A stretch of 64,000 nucleotides of DNA from an uncultured cyanobacterium (GCA_963793265.1 CAWBZI010000006.1:768001-832000); one strand, 5' to 3'; shown: positions 10,587 through 20,247, counted from the stretch's first letter. Program-made: numbers and translations. The notes: a model not told the origin generated them from the letters alone.

Positions 10587-10637
10587 TCCCGGTTCTACGG
10601 TGGAGATTGTCTGATTGTAGTGATTATTCACCCGTTG

Positions 10638-11185
10638 TTAAAACTGTAAAGTCTCTCGCACGGCTCCATACATATTGTCCGTATCGTTATCGTCGCCGTC
10701 ACTATTGGAATAAAATAAAACACATCATTTAGCTTCAGATTGCCGTCATTGCCACCGCCGCCACTGCTCGCCAAACCATTCTCTGTGTTCGCAAGCGTAC
10801 TGGTCGCATCCCCAGTTCGCAGGCTCAGCCGCAGAAGATCGCTACTCACAAAGCTCGTATCAAAGTTCAAAGTAGCCCGATACTCAAACGTCGCATCGGC
10901 TTCTGGCCCGTCAACCGTACTATCGCTACTAGCAGGCGTCGCGTCTGGGCTACCGTTGGGTGTATCAGCACTCAGGCTAGCGTTGCCAAAGGGCGTCACC
11001 AAATGCGTATCTATCTAGCCGCGTAGTTTCGTGGTCGTTGAAAATTGGATAACTTCTAGCTCAGCTACTCTAAGCTCCAAACCATCCGCATGTTGCCGCA
11101 TAGTCGATAGCTCAGCCGCAAACTCTCGTTGCAGTCGGACAGCATCATCGGAATAGCGATCCGGCTGAAGCTCACCGACACCTCC
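10638..11185 (-). pseudogene. Decayed second SLH-porin copy (internal TAG plus large internal deletion)
   Basis: Translates RLQREFAAELSTM...VAELEVIQFSTTTKLRG*IDTHLVTPF...EADATFEYRATLNFDTSF...LANTENGL...DVFY, then in another frame SNSDGDDNDTDNMYGAVRETLQF*. Both parts match the intact neighbour. TAG at 11015-11017. Confidence 0.9.
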
Positions 11186-11228
11186 TGTACAGAAATATTT
11201 GCGATGAAAAGGAAACAGGAAAGAAATA

Positions 11229-11259
11229 GAAAAAGGAGGGATATTACTCCCTCCTTTTC
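11229..11259 (-). terminator. Intrinsic terminator of the porin gene
   Basis: AAAAGGAGGGA-N6-TCCCTCCTTTT hairpin followed by a U-rich tract on the minus strand. Confidence 0.85.
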
Positions 11260-11307
11260 AAAGTGCCTACGGCCCGAAGACCGTAAAAGCTAAGTTGTCA
11301 CCTTCAT

Positions 11308-12825
11308 TTAGAAGCTGAACGTAGCGCGTACAGCACCGTAGAAGTTGTCTTCTTCGCCAACACCAGTGTCGTTGTCAGCGTAGATTACAGCAGGCGTTAG
11401 CGTGAAGTACTCGTTCACAGCTAGCTTGTAGTATGCCTCAACCAATAGAGGGTCGCGGTCAATAGCAGGCGAAACACCGCCGTACACACCTAGCTCGTTA
11501 CCACCACCGAGGAAGTCGTTAATTGCAATACCACCCATATAGGAGTCAGCATCGCCGCCACCTTCAACACTGTTGTTTGCATAGTGGCCTGCAATCGTAA
11601 AGCGACCAAAGTTGAGCGCTAGCAAACCTGCAATCGTTTCATCTACTTCGCCTTCATCAGCATCTGTTGTACCGATGTAGGTAACAGCTGCATCAATGAA
11701 GCCATCGGTCAAGAAGTTAAGCTGCGCAATGTAGCTAGCATCGTTGAAAAGACCGCCGTCTTCAACGTTTTCGTTGGCATTGTCAGTCGCATAGCCGACG
11801 TCAAGCACAAGGTTGTTTGTGAAGGCAATATTAGCACCTGCACCAAACGAACCACCGCCTTCAAACAAGTCGTAGAACTCAGGGCCACCGGCATCAGCGA
11901 CGCTAGGGCCATCGAAAGGCACGATAGTGCTTGTTACAAAGTCATCAGTCACAACGCTGTTAGCTGCGATGATACCGCTGATGCGGTTGCCGATGGGGAA
12001 GCTGTAGAAAACATCATCTAGGCCAACGTTGTCTTCTGTGCCATCGAAACGGCCACTCTGGCTAGACAAACCACTCTCAGTGTTAGCCAAAGAGTTAGCA
12101 TCATCGGAAGCCTGCAATCGAATGCGCAGTCTGTCTTCACCTGTAAAGCTAGTATCAAAATTCAAACGAGCACGGTACTCAAAGGTAGCGTCTGCTTCGT
12201 CACCGCCAACATCACCGTCGCCAGCTTCAGCCGCTTCAGCGGGGCCGCCGTCAATTGCGCCATCGATATCAACTTCAGTCGCATCGTCAAACGGCACTAC
12301 CAAGTGAGCATCTAACTGACCACGTAGTTTGGTTGTCGTCGAGAACTGGTTGGCTTCTAGCTCAGCAACATCAGTCTCTAGCGTGTCTACACGACCACGA
12401 ATCGTGGCTAGCTCAGCAGCGAACTCTTCTTGCAAGCGGCGAATAGTATCTAAGTCGCCATCTTCACCGATGAGCTGGATTACCACGTCCAAACAAGCGT
12501 TCAAACCGGCAGCAAACTCATAGCGAGTCAAGGCGCGGTTGCCGCGATACGTACGGTCGGGGTAGCCTTCCAAGCAACCATACTCTTCAACCAAACGCTG
12601 AAGTGCAGTGAATGCCCAGTCGCTAGGCTGTACGTCAGATAGCTCAGATACGCTTGTAACTTGTGCAAGTTGAATGGGTTCTGCAACTACTACATCAGAG
12701 ACGGTAACGTCAGAAGCGGCTTCTACTTCAATCGCTTCTGCAGCGACTGCACTACCGGATACTGCAAATGCAACGCCGACAGCGGCTGGAGCTACGAGCA
12801 AAGCTTTCCAAATCATATTTGTCAT
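11308..12825 (-). CDS. Cyanobacterial outer-membrane porin with SLH domain (Som/OprB family)
   Basis: Signal peptide, SLH motif DVQPSDWAFTALQRLVEEYGCLEGYPD...TRYEFAAGLNAC, coiled coil, FSTTTKLRG, terminal RATFSF. Confidence 0.96.
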   Translation of the reverse strand: MTNMIWKALLVAPAAVGVAFAVSGSAVAAEAIEVEAASDVTVSDVVVAEPIQLAQVTSVSELSDVQPSDWAFTALQRLVEEYGCLEGYPDRTYRGNRALTRYEFAAGLNACLDVVIQLIGEDGDLDTIRRLQEEFAAELATIRGRVDTLETDVAELEANQFSTTTKLRGQLDAHLVVPFDDATEVDIDGAIDGGPAEAAEAGDGDVGGDEADATFEYRARLNFDTSFTGEDRLRIRLQASDDANSLANTESGLSSQSGRFDGTEDNVGLDDVFYSFPIGNRISGIIAANSVVTDDFVTSTIVPFDGPSVADAGGPEFYDLFEGGGSFGAGANIAFTNNLVLDVGYATDNANENVEDGGLFNDASYIAQLNFLTDGFIDAAVTYIGTTDADEGEVDETIAGLLALNFGRFTIAGHYANNSVEGGGDADSYMGGIAINDFLGGGNELGVYGGVSPAIDRDPLLVEAYYKLAVNEYFTLTPAVIYADNDTGVGEEDNFYGAVRATFSF

Positions 12826-12837
12826 TATCTTAGATTT

Positions 12838-12848
12838 CTCCTCACACC
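12838..12848 (-). promoter_or_regulatory. Yfr1 target site overlapping the porin RBS (GGTGTGAGGAG)
   Basis: 11-nt perfect complement of the Yfr1 CUCCUCACACC motif, ending 13 nt upstream of the porin ATG. Confidence 0.8.
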
Positions 12849-13261
12849 TTAAATAGATAAAAAAGGCTCTTAGATGAATTAAAGCTCTTTAAGTGTGGTG
12901 TAACCCGAACCCGTAGACACTTTAAACAACTGGCCTCTCTATCAAGCTTTGAAAGGTAAATCACATTGAGCCTTGACGACTCAGAGCAATTTTCTCTCAA
13001 ACCTACGGAAGATGCTAGCAGATAGTTAATATGAATAGCTATACCGTAAGACAGTTTAAAGAAATGATTTAAACTGTCCCTAGAGCCTAGTATTGGGCCA
13101 CATTCCTGCATGAATACGGTTATTGATGACTAGAACTATCAGGTTTGCTGAACAGAAGATAGTCAAAGTTTAGAGTTGTCTAATGAAATGCTTACTATGT
13201 AGCGACGGTGGGCATTTCACTAGCTCAAACAAGTGATTTAGAAAGCACTGTCTAAGCCCTT

Positions 13262-13336
13262 TAAAAAACCATCCGCTCCTACCTATCCAGTAGCACTTGC
13301 AAAAAGCAAAAGCACCTTAGAGGTAGGAGCGGTCTG
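13262..13336 (-). terminator. Intrinsic terminator of the structured RNA downstream of ycf39
   Basis: CCGCTCCTACCT (13273-13284) and AGGTAGGAGCGG (13321-13332) form a 12-bp stem, extended by ACCA/UGGU and followed by U6 on the minus strand. Confidence 0.85.
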
Positions 13337-13415
13337 GTCGGGTCTTCAGGTTAAAACCAAACTGCCGGAAGGAAATCCAGAAGCCTAGCTTCAACATCTG
13401 ATGCTAAAGCTAGTT

Positions 13416-13487
13416 CTAGAGAACAGCCCCGGCGCGCAGCCGGTTTACATCAACCTGGAGACCCACGAATGTATCACTTACAGACAT
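13416..13487 (-). CDS. Putative 23-aa peptide MSVSDTFVGLQVDVNRLRAGAVL
   Basis: ATG 13487 to TAG 13416, preceded by AGGAGGTGAT (13492-13501), a 10-nt match to the 16S anti-SD; an in-frame ATG also lies at 13493. Confidence 0.45.
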   Translation of the reverse strand: MSVSDTFVGLQVDVNRLRAGAVL

Positions 13488-13602
13488 GGGCATCACCTCC
13501 TAATTCCCTAAACGATTGCATACTGAACCTGTCAGCAGCAACTGAGCGACTGTGCACTCACAGAGGTAAATATAGCACGCCTTTCAAAGATGTGGTGTAG
13601 CC

Positions 13603-14565
13603 CTAGAAAGGAACTTTTTTCTTAGCAGACTTACCACTCTCGAAGTCTAGCTCCTTCAGCTTCTTCAAGATCCGCGTAAAGTATTCTTGTAAGTAGTCCT
13701 CTAGCGTCGTAATCTCACCTTTATCAATTTCAAATGTCTCGTACACCTCATCCATAGGTGCATCCATCACGTTGCCGCTAGCGCTCACCTCAGTGAAAGC
13801 AAGCCTATCGGCCAAGTCCCACGTCCATTCAAAGAAAGCAGCAATATTGCGCGCGCCTCTGAGTAGTGCAGGCGGCATCTGAGAAACGCTGGCTCGCTGC
13901 TCAGACAAGCGTTCGCACAGGCGGATAATTTCGTACGCACCCCAAGCTCTAGTACCAGCCAAGGGAAAGATTTTATTTTCAGCAGACGGCAGCTTGAGCG
14001 CCTTAACCGCAAACTTAGCAATATCCTGACTGTTCATGTATGCGACCGCACCCGCTTCGCCCATGACCCACACCGACTGCCGCTCCAAGATCGGAATAGC
14101 ATATTGACCCACTAATCCCTGCATAAAGCCGCAGGGTCTAAATATGGTGTAGTTCAGTCCAGATTCCTTCAAAAAGTCTTCAGTACACTTTTTAATTTCC
14201 ATCAAAGGCACTTTGGGATATTCGCCCGCGCCATAGATAGAGAAAAATATAAACCGCTCAACGCCAGCTTCTTTTGCCGCTTTGATCAATGCGACTTTAC
14301 CGTGCCAGTCCACATCATAGATGCCTTCTTTCTCAGCGGGCCTTGACGTAGACGCATCAATCACAGCATCAACGTCTTCAAAGCAAGGCGGCAAACTCAT
14401 AGGCCCAGTCAGATCGGCCTTTACAAGCTGAGCGCCCCACTCTCTTAAGAAGCTAGCTTTTTGAAAATTCCTAACTAAGCACTTCACCTCATAGCCTTCA
14501 TCTAAGGCCCGGCGAACGATTTGCCTGCCTAATGTGCCAGTTGCGCCAACGACTAATAAGACCAT
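13603..14565 (-). CDS. ycf39: Ycf39, NAD(P)-binding atypical SDR involved in PSII assembly
   Basis: LVVGATGTLGRQIVRRALDEGYEVKCLVR, VPLMEIK, GQYAIPILE; downstream of petM. Confidence 0.9.
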   Translation of the reverse strand: MVLLVVGATGTLGRQIVRRALDEGYEVKCLVRNFQKASFLREWGAQLVKADLTGPMSLPPCFEDVDAVIDASTSRPAEKEGIYDVDWHGKVALIKAAKEAGVERFIFFSIYGAGEYPKVPLMEIKKCTEDFLKESGLNYTIFRPCGFMQGLVGQYAIPILERQSVWVMGEAGAVAYMNSQDIAKFAVKALKLPSAENKIFPLAGTRAWGAYEIIRLCERLSEQRASVSQMPPALLRGARNIAAFFEWTWDLADRLAFTEVSASGNVMDAPMDEVYETFEIDKGEITTLEDYLQEYFTRILKKLKELDFESGKSAKKKVPF

Positions 14566-14701
14566 GAGGGGAAGGTAAACAAAACTTAATATATTTCTCA
14601 GTCTAGCATCAAGTCGTTGCAGCCGCGAGCCTACTAGCAGCGGATTATCAACAACTCAATGTCTGTATCAGAGGCTCTATGCCAATGACTTAAGCGCGGT
14701 T

Positions 14702-14806
14702 CTATTCTTCAGCGCCTTGAACTTTCAATAGCAAAAAGCCCACGCTCAATCCTACTAAAATCATGCCAAAAACCAATACAGCCGTTGTAAAAATTTCGCC
14801 GCCCAT
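14702..14806 (-). CDS. petM: Cytochrome b6f subunit VII PetM (34 aa)
   Basis: Below the ORF-track cutoff; manual translation MGGEIFTTAVLVFGMILVGLSVGFLLLKVQGAEE. Confidence 0.95.
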   Translation of the reverse strand: MGGEIFTTAVLVFGMILVGLSVGFLLLKVQGAEE

Positions 14807-15002
14807 CTCTCAAATAGCTCCTGCTTGTTGTGCCTGTGTGCCTTTAGTCAAGGTTTATTTTAGAGCGTTTTGGGCGCGCTGTCGGACTTTTCTACGGCGT
14901 TCCGTAGCACTACCCCCTTAAGCAACGTTTGGAGAAACATCTGGAGCAACCTCTTAAAATCAGAAAATAATAATTCACATTGCTAACCTTTCGTTTTGCC
15001 AT

Positions 15003-16091
15003 ATGCCACCTAGCGTTTCCACTTCCCTACGGCCCCGTTTGATCATGACACTGGGCGATCCATCAGGTATTGGCCCAGAAGTCGTCCTCAAAACGCTGAG
15101 CGATCCAAAGTTCGAGGCATCAGCAGATATTACGGTTATTGGCGATCGCACCCACCTAAACACCACCTACACCACACTCAAAGCCACTAATCCCCAAGCC
15201 CCGCTCAGAGATCCTGACAGCCTGACGATAATAGATATAGAGGCCCCCAAATCTGTCACGGCGGGTCTGATCAACGGTGTCGGCAACAGCAGCAGCGGTG
15301 AAATCAGCTTCCGAACACTGCAAAAGGCGATCGCACACACCAACGCAGGCGAATTTGACGGCATCGTCACGGCTCCTATCGCCAAATCAGCCTGGCTCGC
15401 CGCTGGTCACGCCTACCCCGGACAAACCGAACTACTCGCAGAAATGTCTGACACCTCAAAGTTCGGAATGCTGTTTGTGGCCCAGTCTCCGCACAACGGC
15501 TGGACGATGCGGACTTTGCTTGCCACCACGCATATTCCGCTCAAAGACGTGCCGGTTGCACTGACGCCAGATCTGATGACGCTAAAGCTAGAGCTATTGA
15601 TTGACTGCTTGCAAAGAGATTTTGGTTTGAGTGAGGCGAAAATTGCGATTGCTGGACTCAACCCACACAGCGGCGAACAGGGCCAGCTAGGCCGCGAAGA
15701 ACAGGACTGGCTGATTCCCTGGATGCAGCAGCAACAGCAGCGCTTTCCAGATATCAAATTAGAAGGGCCGACGCCCCCTGATACGCTTTGGGTAGCACCA
15801 GGTACGGCATGGCACAGCGACCAGCTAAGACCTGCACATGATGGATACCTAGCGCTCTATCACGATCAGGGGTTGATTCCAGTCAAGCTCCTGGCTTTCG
15901 ATTTAGCTGTGAATACCACTATTGGGCTACCGTTCGTACGCACCTCGCCCGATCACGGTACGGCCTTTAATATTGCGGGGCAGGGGATAGCGCGATCGCA
16001 AAGCACCGAAGCTGCCCTTAACCTAGCCATTCAGCTCACCACCCAGCGGCTATCCAGCGCTCAGAATAGCACTCAGAACAGCGCCAACTGA
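15003..16091 (+). CDS. pdxA: 4-hydroxythreonine-4-phosphate dehydrogenase
   Basis: [39 protein letters not shown]. Confidence 0.96.
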   Translation: MPPSVSTSLRPRLIMTLGDPSGIGPEVVLKTLSDPKFEASADITVIGDRTHLNTTYTTLKATNPQAPLRDPDSLTIIDIEAPKSVTAGLINGVGNSSSGEISFRTLQKAIAHTNAGEFDGIVTAPIAKSAWLAAGHAYPGQTELLAEMSDTSKFGMLFVAQSPHNGWTMRTLLATTHIPLKDVPVALTPDLMTLKLELLIDCLQRDFGLSEAKIAIAGLNPHSGEQGQLGREEQDWLIPWMQQQQQRFPDIKLEGPTPPDTLWVAPGTAWHSDQLRPAHDGYLALYHDQGLIPVKLLAFDLAVNTTIGLPFVRTSPDHGTAFNIAGQGIARSQSTEAALNLAIQLTTQRLSSAQNSTQNSAN

Positions 16092-16960
16092 TCTGGCGGC
16101 TGTGCTAATTCGTTCCAAGGAAGCAGGGGTACGGGTGCGTCAGCTTGCTCTAACTGGCTTTGAAAATGGCGAGCGATCTCAGGTGACTCTACCTCCATCG
16201 GGCAGTGGACAAAAAAGTAGACCTGCTTACCCGCCGATAGCCACTCCTTTACCTGAGTAACCCAGCCCGCCAAATAATCCTGATTACGCATCAGTCGTGG
16301 ATGGCTGATATAGCGAACAATCACGAAATCAGCCGTGACTACTGGCTGCAAAGGCACCTTCGGCTTGCGACGGGTGGAATGCCTTTGTGGATCGGCGTCT
16401 CCGTCTTGCTCGTGATCGTACATCGTTCGAGTATCTAGTAGCACACGGCCTACGCCCAGCCGCCTCAACATAGCAGCCAGCACTTCTGCTGGTTGCGGTT
16501 CAAACCAATCCAAATGCCGAACTTCTACAGCAATCGGAACATCCTGACGGGGCCAAGCAGTCAGAAACTTTTCAAGATCAGTGAGCGCAGCCGGGCTATA
16601 GCTAGGTGGCAACTGAGCCATCAGCGGCCCTAGCTTCGGCCCTAATCCTTGCACTAGCTCTAAAAAAGACAGCGCCGCTGGCAAATGGGCTATCAGTGGC
16701 CCTTCATGTGTTACTGTGCGCGGCAGCTTCAGACAAAATCGAAAATCGTCAGGCGTATTATTAAACCAACGTTTCACCATGTCAGCACTAGGTACTGAGT
16801 AAAAGGTCGTATTGCCCTCTACCGTGAGCAGGCGATCGCCATACAGCCGCAAAAAGCTAGCAGGCTGACTTTTCAAAGGATAAAAATTACCTACCCAATC
16901 CTTAAACGCCCACACCGCCAAACCCAGCCGGAACTGGGCCTCTTGATCTTTCATGCCCAT
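16073..16960 (-). CDS. DUF72 (YecE) family protein
   Basis: [39 protein letters not shown]; start ATG 16960 or 16954; 3' end overlaps pdxA by 19 bp. Confidence 0.9.
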   Translation of the reverse strand: MGMKDQEAQFRLGLAVWAFKDWVGNFYPLKSQPASFLRLYGDRLLTVEGNTTFYSVPSADMVKRWFNNTPDDFRFCLKLPRTVTHEGPLIAHLPAALSFLELVQGLGPKLGPLMAQLPPSYSPAALTDLEKFLTAWPRQDVPIAVEVRHLDWFEPQPAEVLAAMLRRLGVGRVLLDTRTMYDHEQDGDADPQRHSTRRKPKVPLQPVVTADFVIVRYISHPRLMRNQDYLAGWVTQVKEWLSAGKQVYFFVHCPMEVESPEIARHFQSQLEQADAPVPLLPWNELAQPPDQLALF

Positions 16961-17039
16961 CCTTCCGTAGTTGCACCTGCTTAATATAGACAGGCGCATT
17001 ATAATTGTTCTTTTCACACAAAAATCACGCTGTCATCTT

Positions 17040-17267
17040 ATGCACGAGCACATCGCAACACCAGACTATCCAGATGTTGTTTTGGCTTTTACCTATCGCG
17101 CAATGAAGATAGAGATTACGACCTGCGTGTATCAAGAGAAAATAGTGTATTCCGCCTGGGTTAGCTACCCGACCGGAAGTGCGGTAGCCGTGCCCAGTGC
17201 GCACACAAGAGAAAAGGCGATCACCCGAGCAAAAAAATGGATCGACACGCAGTTTGCCTGGCAGTAA
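17040..17267 (+). CDS. Small hypothetical protein (75 aa)
   Basis: ATG 17040; YSAWVSY...AVAVPSAHTREKAITRAKKWID looks like a compact beta/alpha small protein. Confidence 0.65.
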   Translation: MHEHIATPDYPDVVLAFTYRAMKIEITTCVYQEKIVYSAWVSYPTGSAVAVPSAHTREKAITRAKKWIDTQFAWQ

Positions 17268-17423
17268 CAGATGCAGCCCATCCCGTAATAACACTCTTTA
17301 CGATCCTAACCGCATCAAAGGATCTATCTTTTTTTGCCCAAAATAGAGCATTTCAAGCTTATTTCTACGCAACAAATAAGCCAATGCACCCATGCAATTA
17401 CTCAGATAAAGAGAATATGTATC

Positions 17424-17432
17424 GGGAATACT
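17424..17432 (+). promoter_or_regulatory. Candidate SigJ/SigF promoter element (J-box GGGAATACT) upstream of the taxis operon
   Basis: Exact match to the GGGaAtacT consensus described for Nostoc SigJ promoters, about 235 nt upstream of the patA-like ATG. Confidence 0.6.
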
Positions 17433-17666
17433 TGAAATACAAAATAAGCCCCATTACGCGCCCAAAGCATTCTTTGCTGATATCCCCCGACAACAGGTCA
17501 AACCGGCCTTTGAATCTTTTGCGCTGCGTGTCCGTAAGCAAAGCATCCTTATAAACTCTGAACTTTCAAAGAGAGCAGCCCCCACCCATAGCAATAGAGA
17601 AATGTTAAACAAAGCAGACCCTCTTGTTGCGCACCCACTCTAAACATTCCAGGAAGATTATCCGTC

Positions 17667-19064
17667 ATGTCAGGCAGCCTCATCGCCAGCGATCTCGAAG
17701 AAAAGATCCAAACCTATCGCGAACAACAGTTCACAGGGCTCGTAAAGGTAAACGGACAGCAAGCACACCAGTGGTTTATTTATTACCTGCTCGGTCGAAT
17801 CGTTTGGACAAAATCTCGTATTCACCCACTCCGACGCTGGCAGAGGCATTTAGCCATTCACAGCCCGGTCTTTTTCGAGCAAATCACTCAGCCTGTCAGT
17901 CTCTCTTACGAGTCGTGGAACTACGCCTCTTTGGCCAGACTGGTCAAGCTAAAGCAGTTTCGTCGCGACCAGTTCTCCAAAGTCGTTGAAAGTTGCATTA
18001 CCGAGAATCTCTTCGACATTCTTCAAGTAGGTACTGTACAGCATAGTCAAACCGGCCAAGTGCTTACCTACGAAACACATGCTAAAGAAGCCGCAAACCT
18101 TCCATTCATCATGCTCCAACAAGAGCGTGCCTGGCAAGAAGCTCAGCAGGAATGGCTGATTTGGGAGAAAGCTGGCCTCGCCAAATTCTCTCCAGACTGG
18201 GCACCCACTATCACACAGCTCGAAACGCTCAAGGCCCAAACTCCACCTCAAACGTTTCAGACACTTACAACCTTTGTAGATGGGACTAGCACCCTTAGAG
18301 ACTTAGCTGTCAAGTTCAAACAACCTATCATTCCGCTAACGAAGTCAATCCTGCCCTACGTTTCGAGAAAGATGTTGGGCCTTGAAGAAGTTCCAGACAC
18401 AGTAGAAAATGCTAGCGATGGATTTCCTGCTGAGCTACCAGAAAATAATCAATCTGCACCCACGCCTGCACCAGAATTGTTGATAAAGCCACAGTCTGAG
18501 GCACCTTCTGAAGGCCCTGTACTTACAAGTCAATCATCACTTCCACACGTCGGGCCCAGTGCAGAAGCAGCCATGCTGCAAACCAGCAGCCAAACGTTAG
18601 CAGGCAGAACTAGGAACACTCAGGCTAGCAAAAAGCTCAAAAACACTGCCCCTCGAATCATGTACATCGACGACAGCCCTGCTGATAGCCGCACAATGGG
18701 CGCAATAGTTGAAAGTCTTGGCTATCAATACGGCAACATTCCTGACCCATTGCAGGCTTTACCTATGCTAATCGAGCTTAAACCCAAGCTCATCTTCTTA
18801 GATCTCGTGATGCCGATTGCTAACGGCTATGAAGTGTGCTCGCAAATTCGTCGGATTTCATCGCTCAAGGAGATTCCAGTCATTATCGTAACTAGCAACG
18901 ATGGCATCGCTGATCGGGTAAGAGCCAAGCTTGTAGGAGCCTCTGGCTTTTTAGGTAAACCTATTCAACATAAAAAAGTTGCCAAAGTTGTCAAAAAACA
19001 TCTTCGTCATCTCGAAGTGAATAGCCCAGATGATTCAAAGCGAGGTGTGCTCTCTGTTTCATAG
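17667..19064 (+). CDS. PatA-type response regulator (PATAN plus REC; PixG/PilG-like)
   Basis: N-terminal FTGLVKV...WFIYYLLGRIVW...HPLRRWQR; C-terminal REC IDDS...FLDLVMP...KP. Confidence 0.9.
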   Translation: MSGSLIASDLEEKIQTYREQQFTGLVKVNGQQAHQWFIYYLLGRIVWTKSRIHPLRRWQRHLAIHSPVFFEQITQPVSLSYESWNYASLARLVKLKQFRRDQFSKVVESCITENLFDILQVGTVQHSQTGQVLTYETHAKEAANLPFIMLQQERAWQEAQQEWLIWEKAGLAKFSPDWAPTITQLETLKAQTPPQTFQTLTTFVDGTSTLRDLAVKFKQPIIPLTKSILPYVSRKMLGLEEVPDTVENASDGFPAELPENNQSAPTPAPELLIKPQSEAPSEGPVLTSQSSLPHVGPSAEAAMLQTSSQTLAGRTRNTQASKKLKNTAPRIMYIDDSPADSRTMGAIVESLGYQYGNIPDPLQALPMLIELKPKLIFLDLVMPIANGYEVCSQIRRISSLKEIPVIIVTSNDGIADRVRAKLVGASGFLGKPIQHKKVAKVVKKHLRHLEVNSPDDSKRGVLSVS

Positions 19065-19153
19065 ATTTTCGCTTAGCGCTTTTTAGCATTTTCTAGCCAG
19101 TCTTGGCTCAGCCTCAGTTCAATCACAATGCAAACATATCCCCAAGAGAATCC

Positions 19154-19528
19154 ATGGCAACCGCTCTCATAGTCGAAGACAGTATCACCGATAGAGATCG
19201 CCTTACTCGTTATCTACAACAGTCCGGTATCACCGTCAAAAGTGCACAAAGTAGTGAAGAAGCACTACAAATGCTCAAAGCCACGCCGCCTGATTTGGTG
19301 TTTCTAGATGTTGTTCTACCCGGACAAAGTGGTTTTGAGTTTTGTCGCGACCTCAAAACCGACGAAAGCACTCAAAACATTCCGGTGGTTATTTGCTCTA
19401 CCAAAGGCACTGAAGCCGATAAGCTTTGGGGCTCGATGCTAGGCGCAGATGCCTATCTTATCAAACCAGTCGATCAGCAACAGCTCTCACAAACGGTAGA
19501 CCAGCTCATGTCTCAAGCTCAGATTTGA
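19154..19528 (+). CDS. Single-domain CheY-like response regulator (PixH/PilH-like)
   Basis: MATALIVEDS...FLDVVLPGQSGFEFCR...DKLWG...YLIKP. Confidence 0.93.
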   Translation: MATALIVEDSITDRDRLTRYLQQSGITVKSAQSSEEALQMLKATPPDLVFLDVVLPGQSGFEFCRDLKTDESTQNIPVVICSTKGTEADKLWGSMLGADAYLIKPVDQQQLSQTVDQLMSQAQI

Positions 19529-19581
19529 CTAAACCTGGAAAAAGGCCGATTAGAGAAAGACACCTGCAAAACCCATTCGCC

Positions 19582-20130
19582 ATGCTATCAACTGAACAAG
19601 AACCTGCGCTTAAACCGTTAGATTCCATTAGCTCAAAGCAAGATCCACTCGGGCTAACGCCTTTGCCTGTGGACAATCGACAGCGCTTTCTGCGATTCAT
19701 GCTTTCTCAAGAAAACGACGCGCTATTGCCACTAAAAGAGATTTTAGAAGTGATGCAGCTACCGCTAGAAGACATTTTTCCTGTGCCCGATATGCCGGGC
19801 TGTATTCTAGGCGTTTGTAGCTGGCAAGGTGAAACCCTTTGGCTTGTCGATCTCAATCATCTTGTGGGCTACACACCGCTGTGCCAGCAATCGCAGTTGG
19901 TGTCTCCGCCCATTGTGATTGTGATTCAGTCGGCAGGTCATTCGCTTGGGCTAGTTGTAGAGCAGGTAAACGATGTGGATCTGTTTGATGAAGACAAGAT
20001 TCATATGGAGCAAGGGCTTTGCCCACCCGGCTTAGAACCTTTTGTCGCAGGCTATTGCCCTCAGCAAGGCGGCACAGTTCTTAATATTGCCAGCATTGTC
20101 AATTCGCCACTTTGGCAGTCTCATCAATAG
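19582..20130 (+). CDS. CheW-like adaptor (PixI-like)
   Basis: PVPDMPGCILGVCSWQGETLWLVDL, LGLVVEQV; start ATG 19582. Confidence 0.9.
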   Translation: MLSTEQEPALKPLDSISSKQDPLGLTPLPVDNRQRFLRFMLSQENDALLPLKEILEVMQLPLEDIFPVPDMPGCILGVCSWQGETLWLVDLNHLVGYTPLCQQSQLVSPPIVIVIQSAGHSLGLVVEQVNDVDLFDEDKIHMEQGLCPPGLEPFVAGYCPQQGGTVLNIASIVNSPLWQSHQ

Positions 20131-20247
20131 CCCTCGTCGTACCGTCTAAATAACCCTCTAACTAATAGTTATTTGTACGGTGACATCTAAAGCATCAACA
20201 AAGTTTTTTAGCTTATTCAATTCATATTCAGCTAACGAGTATTTACC

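Larger units (their letters stand above)
13262..13505 (-). ncRNA. Highly structured RNA (125-nt rod plus terminator) carrying an SD and a short ORF; candidate PmgR1/Ncr0700 homolog, identity unverified
   Basis: Manual fold of 13340-13464: GGGUCU/AGACCC, CAGGUUGA/UUAACCUG, AACC/GGUU, GGCUGC/GCAGUU, UCUAGAA/UUCUGGA, CUAGCUUUAGCAU/AUGUUGAAGCUAG. The G-U pairs work only on the minus strand. The family name is from recollection only. Confidence 0.7.

Noticed and set aside
10052..10732. 226-aa plus-strand ORF
   Set aside because: Antisense to the Rrf2 gene and the porin remnant; composition is not protein-like.
10628..11002. 124-aa ORF as an independent gene
   Set aside because: Internal fragment of the porin pseudogene, starting after the TAG and running out of frame past the deletion junction.
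12842..13111. 89-aa ORF upstream of the porin
   Set aside because: AT-rich promoter/leader region with no RBS or motif; overlaps the Yfr1 target site.
13340..13464. Firm call as 6S RNA (ssaA)
   Set aside because: Rod-like, but no clear large central bubble, not in the usual purK context, and it carries an SD plus ORF; kept only as an alternative.
16073..16091. pdxA/DUF72 tail-to-tail overlap as an antisense system
   Set aside because: A 19-bp convergent overlap is common and nothing else supports regulation.
17237..17554. 105-aa ORF upstream of patA
   Set aside because: Overlaps the previous gene and the candidate promoter; no family features.
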